Below are positions 56,698 through 64,000 of a DNA stretch of 64,000 nt, one piece after another (position 1 is the stretch's first letter; the number at the start of each line of letters is the position of its first letter). The notes under the pieces were generated by a model. That model was not told the DNA's origin. It saw nothing but the letters and a program-made list of their open reading frames with translations, and searched no databases. The stretch is taken from positions 1-64,000 of the forward strand of contig BTVI01000016.1 in NCBI GenBank assembly GCA_045862955.1, given 5' to 3'. Position numbers and translations under genes: made by a program. This DNA comes from Fimbriimonadales bacterium (GTDB lineage: Bacteria; Armatimonadota; Fimbriimonadia; Fimbriimonadales; JABRVX01).

Positions 56698-59600
56698 ATG
56701 CACATAAGCGATTGGGCTCTCCAGCTTCGCAGGCTGGAGGGACTGTCCTCGTTCTGGGACGACGCCGAAGGGCGGGCCGAGTGGCGTGACCTTGCAGTCG
56801 AGGCGCGGGCGCCCTTCGTTGCGGCGATGGCTCGCTCGCGCCTGGAGCAGGATGCTTTTCGCGCTCTCATCGTGACGTCCACCTACGAAAGCGCCCTGCA
56901 GTGGCAAGCTCGCTTAGCACTCTACGGCGTACCCGAGCGATGCTTGCTCCACCTGCCGAACGGCTCCTCCACCCTGTTCGAGGACACGTCTCCGGAGCTG
57001 AACGCCCTCTCGGAGCGGATCGGAGCGCTGCTTCGCCTGGCTTCCCGCGGCGGTGCCATCGTAATCGCATCTCCCACGGCCGCACTGGAATACACCCTGC
57101 CTCCCGCTCGGCTGATCAAGGAAACCATGCTGCTGGAGGTTGGGCAGGAGTGCAACCTCGAGTTGCTCCTGCGCAGGCTGGTGCGGAAGGGCTATGAGGC
57201 CCAGGAGCCCGTCCGCATGCCGAGCGGCTTCTCGCGACGTGGCGGCATCGTAGATATCTACCCCATGGGCCGAGCCCTTCCCGTTCGCCTAGAGTTCTTC
57301 GGTGACGAGATCGAGAGCATGAGGGAGTTCGACCCGCAGTCGCAGCGGTCCGTTCGCGAAGTCGAGGAGGTCGCCATACCGCCCGCTCGGGAGACCCTCG
57401 TCGGAGACCGTGGCGCCGAAGTTGCCAAGCACCTTGCTGCCCGTCTCGAGCGCGAAGCGAGCACCCTCACGGGAGAGGCAAGGGAAGTGCTGGAGGAGGC
57501 GATCTCTGCTGATATCGCCGCACTTCAGGCCGGCCTGTGCTTCGACCGCGAGACCCTCTACCGGCCGCTCGTCAACGATGCGACCACGTGCGCGTTGGAC
57601 TATCTGGGAGACGACGGGCTGCTCATCGTGGACGAGCCCCTGGAGATCAGCGTTCACGTCGAGCGCGCTCACCAGGAGATGCAGCAGGCACTAGAGACCC
57701 GTATGGGTCGCGGGGAGATGCTGAGCGCAGAGGCCGACTGGTTTCTCGCTCCTCCATCTCGACTGGGTGAGGTCAAGCGTCTCATCGCGATGTCGCTGGG
57801 GGACTCGACCGCCGACTGGCTCCACGATACCGTAGTTCGCTCGGCTGGGGTCGCCAGCCTGGCGCCCTACCGCACGAACCCGCAATCGCTGGTGGAAACC
57901 ATCCGCAATTGGCTGGGTTCGGGCTTCACCGTCGTGGTCGGCACCGACCAACCCACTCGCGCTCGACAGACCCTCACGGGGATTGACGTACCCTGGTTGG
58001 AAGGGGAGATCCGACTAGGGGGATTCCATCTCGCATCGGGGAACCCGGCAGGCGGGTTCGCGATACCGTCGGAACGGTTTGCAGTGCTTACCGACGCCGA
58101 GCTATTCGGCGTGGGCCGGCTTCGGCTTCCGCAGAAGCGTTACCGCGAAGGTGCCCCCATCGCGACGGTGCTCGACCTCGAGCCCGGCGACTACGTCGTA
58201 CACATCTACTTCGGAATCGGGATCTACCGCGGACTGGTGACGCGCCGGTTCGAAGGGGTGGAGAAAGAGTTCTTGCACATCGAGTACGCGCCACCGGACA
58301 AGCTGTTCGTGCCGGTGGATCAGCTCGATCGCATCCAGAAGTACCTGGCTCCCACCGATGAGCCTCCCAAAGTCAACCGGCTGCACAGCGGAGAATGGCA
58401 ACGAACCGTCAAGTCCGCGAAGCAGGGCGCCCGTGAAATGGCCGAAGATCTACTCAAGATCTACGCCGCACGCGCCAAGGTGACCAAAGACCCTTTTCCT
58501 CCGGACAGTCCGTGGCAGGCGGAGATGGAAGCCACCTTCCCGTGGGTGGAGACGAGAACGCAGCTCCGGGCGATCAGCGAGGTGAAGAGGGACCTGGAGC
58601 AGCCGCACCCGATGGACCGATTGGTATGCGGTGACGTCGGCTTCGGCAAGACCGAGGTGGCAGTTAGAGCGGCTTTCAAGGTGGCACAGGCCGGAAGACA
58701 GGTAGGCGTGCTCTGCCCGACTACCATCCTGGCCACACAGCACTACGAGACCTTTCGTGAGCGACTCGCACCTTACCCCGTGCAACTGGACTTCATCTCG
58801 CGGTTCAAATCCCCCAAGCAGCAGAAGGAGATTCTGGCCAAGCTTAAGACGGGCGAGCTGGACATAGTGATCGGTACACACCGGCTGCTGTCGAAGGATG
58901 TGACGTTCCACAATCTGGGACTGCTCATCGTAGACGAGGAGCAGCGGTTCGGCGTAATGCAGAAAGAGCAGATCAAGAAGCTGCGAGCACAGGTGGATGT
59001 GCTAACACTCACTGCCACGCCGATTCCACGCACCTTGAGCATGGCGATGATGGATATTCGCTCGATGTCCGTCATCACGGATCCCCCTCCGGGGAGGCTA
59101 CCAATCCGCACTTGCCTACGAACCTATCATGATAGTGTGGTGCGAGAGGCCATTTTGCGTGAGCTGGCGCGGAACGGCCAGGTGTACTACGTGTATAACC
59201 GCGTGCAGCACATTCACCACATCGCGGATCACATAGCCCGGCTGGTGCCCTCTGCGAGGATTGCCGTGGGCCATGGGCAGATGGACGAACGCGAGCTGGA
59301 AGCCGTGATGCTCGCCTTCTACCGGGGCGAGTTCGACGTGCTCGTGTGCACCACGATTATCGAGAACGGCCTGGACGTACCGCGCTGCAATACTATCATC
59401 GTGGACGGTGCGGACCGACTCGGACTCGCGCAACTCTATCAGTTGCGAGGGCGCGTAGGCCGGTCGGATCGCCAAGCCTACGCCTACTTGCTCTATCGCA
59501 AGGAGAAGGTGCTCACGGAGGCAGCGCTTCAGCGCCTGAAGGCCCTGGAGGAGTTCTCCGACCTGGGGTCTGGGTACTCGTTAGCCTTTCGGGACCTGCA

Positions 59601-60192
59601 GATTCGGGGTGCCGGGGAGCTGCTCGGCTCTAAGCAACACGGGTTCGTGGTAAGTGTAGGCTATGACCTGTTCGTCGAGATGATTCGCGAGGCGGTGAAC
59701 GACCTTCGCGGTGTGCCACTCGAGGAGGCGTTCGCAACGCTCCCGACCTTCGATCTGCCCATCACCGCCCAGATCCCTGCGAGCTACGTGACGGACCAGG
59801 CCCAGCGACTGTTCTTCTACCGTCGGCTAACCAGCTCCAGAACCGAAGAGGACCTTGCCGAGGTACTATCGGAGCTGAAAGACCGATACGGTCCCCTCCC
59901 CGCCGACGTGGAGGCCGCGGCCGAGGTCATGCGCCTGAGAATGCGCGCGTATCGTGTGGGAGTAGCCAAACTCGAAATGCGCGAAGGGGTGGCAGACCTC
60001 GTGCTGGGTCCTGGCGCGAAGCTGAGCCCCAAAGTTTGTACGCTCTTGACGCAGGCTGTGGGGACGGCTACGTTCAAACCAGAGGGAGTAAGGTGGCATC
60101 CGAGGTCGGACATCCTCGGGTCGATCCGAAAAATACTGAGAGCGCTCGAGAAAGCGCCGGAAGTGGCGCAGAGGGCGGCATCACCCGCCTAG
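56698..60192 (+). CDS. mfd: Transcription-repair coupling factor
   Basis: RGGIVDIY, GDVGFGKTEVA, DEEQRFG, QLRGRVGRS, DLQIRGAG, TRCF C-terminal domain. Confidence 0.97.
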   Translation: MHISDWALQLRRLEGLSSFWDDAEGRAEWRDLAVEARAPFVAAMARSRLEQDAFRALIVTSTYESALQWQARLALYGVPERCLLHLPNGSSTLFEDTSPELNALSERIGALLRLASRGGAIVIASPTAALEYTLPPARLIKETMLLEVGQECNLELLLRRLVRKGYEAQEPVRMPSGFSRRGGIVDIYPMGRALPVRLEFFGDEIESMREFDPQSQRSVREVEEVAIPPARETLVGDRGAEVAKHLAARLEREASTLTGEAREVLEEAISADIAALQAGLCFDRETLYRPLVNDATTCALDYLGDDGLLIVDEPLEISVHVERAHQEMQQALETRMGRGEMLSAEADWFLAPPSRLGEVKRLIAMSLGDSTADWLHDTVVRSAGVASLAPYRTNPQSLVETIRNWLGSGFTVVVGTDQPTRARQTLTGIDVPWLEGEIRLGGFHLASGNPAGGFAIPSERFAVLTDAELFGVGRLRLPQKRYREGAPIATVLDLEPGDYVVHIYFGIGIYRGLVTRRFEGVEKEFLHIEYAPPDKLFVPVDQLDRIQKYLAPTDEPPKVNRLHSGEWQRTVKSAKQGAREMAEDLLKIYAARAKVTKDPFPPDSPWQAEMEATFPWVETRTQLRAISEVKRDLEQPHPMDRLVCGDVGFGKTEVAVRAAFKVAQAGRQVGVLCPTTILATQHYETFRERLAPYPVQLDFISRFKSPKQQKEILAKLKTGELDIVIGTHRLLSKDVTFHNLGLLIVDEEQRFGVMQKEQIKKLRAQVDVLTLTATPIPRTLSMAMMDIRSMSVITDPPPGRLPIRTCLRTYHDSVVREAILRELARNGQVYYVYNRVQHIHHIADHIARLVPSARIAVGHGQMDERELEAVMLAFYRGEFDVLVCTTIIENGLDVPRCNTIIVDGADRLGLAQLYQLRGRVGRSDRQAYAYLLYRKEKVLTEAALQRLKALEEFSDLGSGYSLAFRDLQIRGAGELLGSKQHGFVVSVGYDLFVEMIREAVNDLRGVPLEEAFATLPTFDLPITAQIPASYVTDQAQRLFFYRRLTSSRTEEDLAEVLSELKDRYGPLPADVEAAAEVMRLRMRAYRVGVAKLEMREGVADLVLGPGAKLSPKVCTLLTQAVGTATFKPEGVRWHPRSDILGSIRKILRALEKAPEVAQRAASPA

Positions 60193-60201
60193 GAGGTGCA
60201 C

Positions 60202-61218
60202 GTGAGTACACCGGCAAGAAATAGGCCCGCGGTGGCGGATGCCGAACAACTGAAGCAGTTCTACAAGGACATGCTGCTCATTCGTCGCTTCGAGGAGAAG
60301 TGTGAGTTCGCCTATCGCGCGGGCAAGATCGGCGGGTATCTCCACTTGTACATCGGACAAGAGGCGACCGGTGTGGGATGGCTTTCGGCATTGCGTCCCG
60401 GGGACTCGGTAATCGGTGCGTACCGAGTGCACGGTTTCGCACTGCAGATGGGTACCGACCCCAAAGTGGTGATGGCAGAGTTGTTCGGGCGTGTCACCGG
60501 ATGTGCGCGCGGCAAAGGGGGTTCCATGCACCTCTACGATATCCCTCGTGGTTTCTATGGGGGATGGGGGATCGTAGGGGGACACGTACCACTGGGCGTC
60601 GGATTGGCTTTCGCAGCGAAGTATCACAACACGGGGCAGGTAGTGCTCTGTTTCATGGGCGACGGTGCTGTGAATGCCGGCGTTGTTCCCGAGGTGATGA
60701 ACATGGCATCCTTGTGGGACCTGCCCATCGTGTTCATCATCGAGAATAACCAGTTCGCAATGGGGACGCGCTTGGAGTACCACGCGGCGGACACCGAGCT
60801 GCATAAACGAGCCGCGCCATTCGCAATGGGACACGAGAGATTGGATGGAATGGACGTTGTGCAGGTGCGTCGTGATGCGGACCGGATCATCTCTCAAGTG
60901 CGTGAGACTTCGCGGCCATACTGCGTAGAGATGATGAACTATCGATTCGTGGGGCACGGCGCCGCGGATGTTAGCCAGAACCTGTACCGCACGGAAGAAG
61001 AGGTCGCCGAATGGCGCAACCGTGACCCGCTCCGCGTCCACGGCCAGAGGTTGATACGGGAGGAGATCGCCACCGAGGCCGACATGGAGCTGTGGGATAT
61101 CGAGATACAGCGGATTGTCGAGGAGGCCTACACGTTCGCCGATACCTCTCCCGAACCACCCATTGAAGAGGTGTACGAGCACGTGTATACGGACATGATG
61201 CCGGAGGTGGGACACTAA
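60202..61218 (+). CDS. pdhA: Pyruvate dehydrogenase E1 alpha
   Basis: HLYIGQEA, GKGGSMH, GDGAVNAG...NN, YRFVGH; AGGAGG RBS. Confidence 0.92.
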   Translation: MSTPARNRPAVADAEQLKQFYKDMLLIRRFEEKCEFAYRAGKIGGYLHLYIGQEATGVGWLSALRPGDSVIGAYRVHGFALQMGTDPKVVMAELFGRVTGCARGKGGSMHLYDIPRGFYGGWGIVGGHVPLGVGLAFAAKYHNTGQVVLCFMGDGAVNAGVVPEVMNMASLWDLPIVFIIENNQFAMGTRLEYHAADTELHKRAAPFAMGHERLDGMDVVQVRRDADRIISQVRETSRPYCVEMMNYRFVGHGAADVSQNLYRTEEEVAEWRNRDPLRVHGQRLIREEIATEADMELWDIEIQRIVEEAYTFADTSPEPPIEEVYEHVYTDMMPEVGH

Positions 61219-62195
61219 TGGCGACGATGACCTATCGCGATGCCCTCCGAACTGCTCTGATCGAAGAGATCGAGCGCGACGACAACGTGTTCATTATGGG
61301 CGAGGACATCGGACGCTACCAAGGCACCTTCCGTGTGACGGCGGGGTTGTTCGAGCAGTTTCGGGAGGCGCGCGTGTGGGACACGCCGATCTCCGAGCCC
61401 GGCATCGTAGGCATCGCAATCGGCGCTGCGATGGCAGGACTGCGCCCGGTGGTGGAGATGATGACGATGTCTTTCTCCATCCTAGCCATGGACCAGATCA
61501 TCAACCATGCGGCGAAGATCCACTACATGACAGGGGGACAGGCGAAGGTGCCATTGGTAGTGCGGGGTCCGGGAGGAGCGGGACGTCAACTTTCGGCGCA
61601 GCATTCGCAGTCGCTGGAGGGCATCTATGCGCACGTACCCGGGCTGAAGGTAGTGTGCCCGGCTACACCCGCCGACGCAAAGGGCCTGCTGAAGACGGCG
61701 ATACGAGACGAGAACCCAGTTATCTTGATCGAAGCACCGGGGCTCTATGCGTCGAAGGGTGAGGTGCCCGAGGATTCGGAGTTCATGACACCCTTCGGCG
61801 AGGCGGAGGTGGTACGGGAGGGCACAGACGTCAGTATCATCACATGGTCTCGGATGAGGATGGAGTCGCTGAAGGCCGCGGAGATGTTAGAGAAGGATGG
61901 TATCTCAGTGGAGGTGGTGGACGCGCGCAGCCTCCTGCCCCTCGACACGGATACCATCTTCTCTTCCGTTCGGAAGACTCACCGCGCGCTGGTAGTGTAC
62001 GAGGCGTGGCGTTCGGGGGCCTTCGGCGCCGAAATCGCTGCTCGAATCGGGGAGTCGTGCTTCGACGACCTGGACGCACCGGTAATGCGCGTGGGAGGGC
62101 TGAACGTACCGATGCCGTACGCTGCTAACCTAGAGCTCGAGGTGGTACCCAACGCCTCCCGCATCGTCTCCCGCTGCCGGGAACTAGTGGGGTAG
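61218..62195 (+). CDS. pdhB: Pyruvate dehydrogenase E1 beta
   Basis: GEDIG, DTPISE, SAQHSQS, PGLKVV. Confidence 0.93.
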   Translation: MATMTYRDALRTALIEEIERDDNVFIMGEDIGRYQGTFRVTAGLFEQFREARVWDTPISEPGIVGIAIGAAMAGLRPVVEMMTMSFSILAMDQIINHAAKIHYMTGGQAKVPLVVRGPGGAGRQLSAQHSQSLEGIYAHVPGLKVVCPATPADAKGLLKTAIRDENPVILIEAPGLYASKGEVPEDSEFMTPFGEAEVVREGTDVSIITWSRMRMESLKAAEMLEKDGISVEVVDARSLLPLDTDTIFSSVRKTHRALVVYEAWRSGAFGAEIAARIGESCFDDLDAPVMRVGGLNVPMPYAANLELEVVPNASRIVSRCRELVG

Positions 62196-62267
62196 GTACT
62201 ACTCTGTACCGAGCGCCGCCATGGTGGGCATGCTCGGGCCCTCATACAAAGTATCACCTGTTGCGGC

Positions 62268-62372
62268 GTCATGCTGAGCTTGTCGAAGCATGCGCTCGTG
62301 ATCCCGAGGGTGGTATGACCATGTGGCCGGATGGAGGCAGTTATCGTCATGCTTCGACAGGCTCAGCATGAC
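62268..62372. repeat. REP-like doublet (GTCATGCTGAGC family)
   Basis: GTCATGCTGAGCTTGTCGAAGCATG ... CATGCTTCGACAGGCTCAGCATGAC. Confidence 0.85.
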
Positions 62373-62562
62373 GATTACCCGTGCTCGCCATCCATGCTGC
62401 CACAGTTGACAAGCGCAACCAGCACCACTGTAATCCCGAGGGAGCGGCGAAACAACCTTTCGATCTGTAATAAGCTCCACCGCGACCGAGGGACCCCTGT
62501 CTGACAGACCGTCACATCCCACCCGGATGGGCTTGCAGCGAACGGCCTCGCAGGGTCGGCCC

Positions 62563-63063
62563 CTAGTCTGCCCCCACCTCCAACCCACACCGCGCGGCGA
62601 GTTCTTCGATGAGAAGTAGGTAGGGGACCTCCATGCCGTTCCGCTGCCAGCCGACAGGCACACGGGCGCTGCCGGAAACCAGATAGGCGACGGGCGACAG
62701 CGTATGTTCGCCAGAACGAAGGGTGAGCCTGTAGCGATGCTTGCCGCCCGGCAAGGGCGTGATGGAGCGCACTTCTTTGTATGGAATGGAGACCGTCTTC
62801 AGCAGCGACACCAGCTCGAAGTGGTCCTCGTACAGCCGGACCTCGGTAGCTTCCCCCCGCTTCACGGCCAGGTTGGCCATAGCGGCTCGACCCGCGCGCA
62901 TCGCTGCTGAGAGACCCTCCTTCAACGCTGTGCCCAGGTCCTTCTCCTGCAGTCCGGCCTTCGCTGCTTTGGCCTTGGCCCTCGCGTCCTGCTTCATGCC
63001 ACCCGCACCCACCTCGAACCACTGGATGCACGCGGGCGGTGAGTAGACTACGGGTTCCTCCAA
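62563..63063 (-). CDS. Hypothetical protein
   Basis: 166-aa ORF with plausible composition; GAGGAGG upstream of TTG. Confidence 0.65.
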   Translation of the reverse strand: MEEPVVYSPPACIQWFEVGAGGMKQDARAKAKAAKAGLQEKDLGTALKEGLSAAMRAGRAAMANLAVKRGEATEVRLYEDHFELVSLLKTVSIPYKEVRSITPLPGGKHRYRLTLRSGEHTLSPVAYLVSGSARVPVGWQRNGMEVPYLLLIEELAARCGLEVGAD

Positions 63064-63133
63064 TCGCCTTGCCTCCTCGCTGCTACTCTAGGATGGGTCA
63101 CTGGAAAGGATGCACCGCACCCGCGGCGCCCCG

Positions 63134-63246
63134 AACCGTCATGCTGAGCTTGTCGAAGCATGAGGGCGACAGAGGGAAGCTTACCTGCTAGACTCGAGAG
63201 CGAGCGGGAAGCGGGGTCATGCTTCGACAAGCTCAGCATGACGGTT
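63134..63246. repeat. REP-like doublet with perfect 30-bp inverted arms
   Basis: AACCGTCATGCTGAGCTTGTCGAAGCATGA (63134-63163) and its exact reverse complement (63217-63246). Confidence 0.9.
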
Positions 63247-63404
63247 TCCCACTGACGGCTCCCCCGGTCTCCGACTGAGAGCTCAACATGACGGTTTCCA
63301 CTGACGGCTCCCCCGGCCTCCCACTGACGGCTCAGCATGACGGTTTCCCACTGACGGCTCCCCCGGTCTCCGACTGACGGCTCAGCATGACGGTTTCCAC
63401 TGAC
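63231..63404. repeat. Tandem repeat, ~50 bp x 3.5
   Basis: Units start at 63231, 63281, 63330 and 63380 (partial); consensus GCTCAGCATGACGGTTTCCCACTGACGGCTCCCCCGGTCTCCGACTGACG. Confidence 0.9.
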
Positions 63405-63411
63405 CCGTCCA

Positions 63412-64000
63412 CTAGTCGTACGAGCCTCCCTGGTCAACTGGTTGCGCGTCGCCCACGATCGCATACCGCAAAAACAGCTCCCCATCCTCCTCGAACACGC
63501 TCAGAAGCCTCAGCCGGGGCAGGGCGTCTGACGGGAACGGCGGCGTGGTCACGATGGTCGGCCCCTCGCCGCCTCGCAGCTTCGGCGCGAGCGTTAGAAA
63601 CAGCTCGTCAACGTACCCGGCACGGATGAGATGCCCGTTCAGGATGGAGCCGCCTTCCACCAGCAGCGTCCGCACGCCTCTCTGCTGGCGCAAGTGCCGC
63701 ACCGCAGCCAGGGCGTCCGCCACTCGCACGACCTCGGAGCCTGCTGGCAACGTCGGTGCGTCACCGCCCGTCAGGTACAGAATTGCGCGCTCCGGCGCCT
63801 CCTCGAAGAAGCTGAGGTCCGCCGGAAGCTGCCCGCTGTTCGAGAGGACGGCTCGAGTCAACCCGGCTGGATAGCCCATTCGCGGGTCCGCCCGGAGTGT
63901 CCTGGCACCGATGATCACCGCGTCCACCTGGGTCCTTATTCTCTCCATCAGGCGCTTGTCGGTCGCAGAACCGAGGCCTTTTGCGTTCTTATCGTTGACG
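63412..64000 (-). CDS. RibD C-terminal / DHFR-like reductase (5' end beyond the window)
   Basis: Frame is open to the window end; DAVIIGARTLR, LLVEGG, VDELFLTLAP. Confidence 0.85.
   Translation of the reverse strand, partial: VNDKNAKGLGSATDKRLMERIRTQVDAVIIGARTLRADPRMGYPAGLTRAVLSNSGQLPADLSFFEEAPERAILYLTGGDAPTLPAGSEVVRVADALAAVRHLRQQRGVRTLLVEGGSILNGHLIRAGYVDELFLTLAPKLRGGEGPTIVTTPPFPSDALPRLRLLSVFEEDGELFLRYAIVGDAQPVDQGGSYD

Noticed and set aside
60181..61215. Long antisense or alternate-frame ORFs (also 2806-3858, 36276-37616, 45953-47080)
   Set aside because: They are high-GC shadows of well-supported genes and show no recognisable motifs.
63231..63404. CRISPR array
   Set aside because: The units are near-identical throughout, with no unique spacers, and there are no cas genes.

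Overview
High-GC bacterial chromosomal window, densely coding and mostly housekeeping. Lineage is inferred only: a dockerin-like C-terminal protein, a PEP-CTERM protein and Firmicutes-like gene neighbourhoods suggest Armatimonadota (Fimbriimonadia-like). Gene content: cdd, mutS2, coaBC, gmk, yvcK, mutS-priA-def-fmt, a nucleoside-type ABC transporter, a sigma-28 (FliA/WhiG) module, prsA-like foldase, mazG, ppdK, queG, an rpmG (L33) too short for the ORF track, mnmA, metY, a VKOR-DsbA fusion, yebC, a rhomboid, two S41 proteases, folB, panC, aspC-rnc-rnhA, rpoZ-dnaJ-prmA-rsmE, mfd and pdhAB. I found no tRNA, rRNA, CRISPR array, integrase or transposase. Main leads: (1) a candidate ~180-330 nt structured RNA behind a near-consensus sigma-70 promoter, upstream of a sigma-28 module with no flagellar genes nearby; (2) a FlgD-Ig plus caspase-fold protein with a partner gene at the left edge; (3) an S41 protease paired with a paralog that appears catalytically dead; (4) a MalG-like permease carrying three GH42-like repeats; (5) an omega subunit with a ~120-aa acidic tail; (6) several REP-like families, including a tandem array grown from a REP arm; (7) recurrent leaderless-type -10 boxes. 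All family assignments come from recognising motifs by eye; no searches were run.
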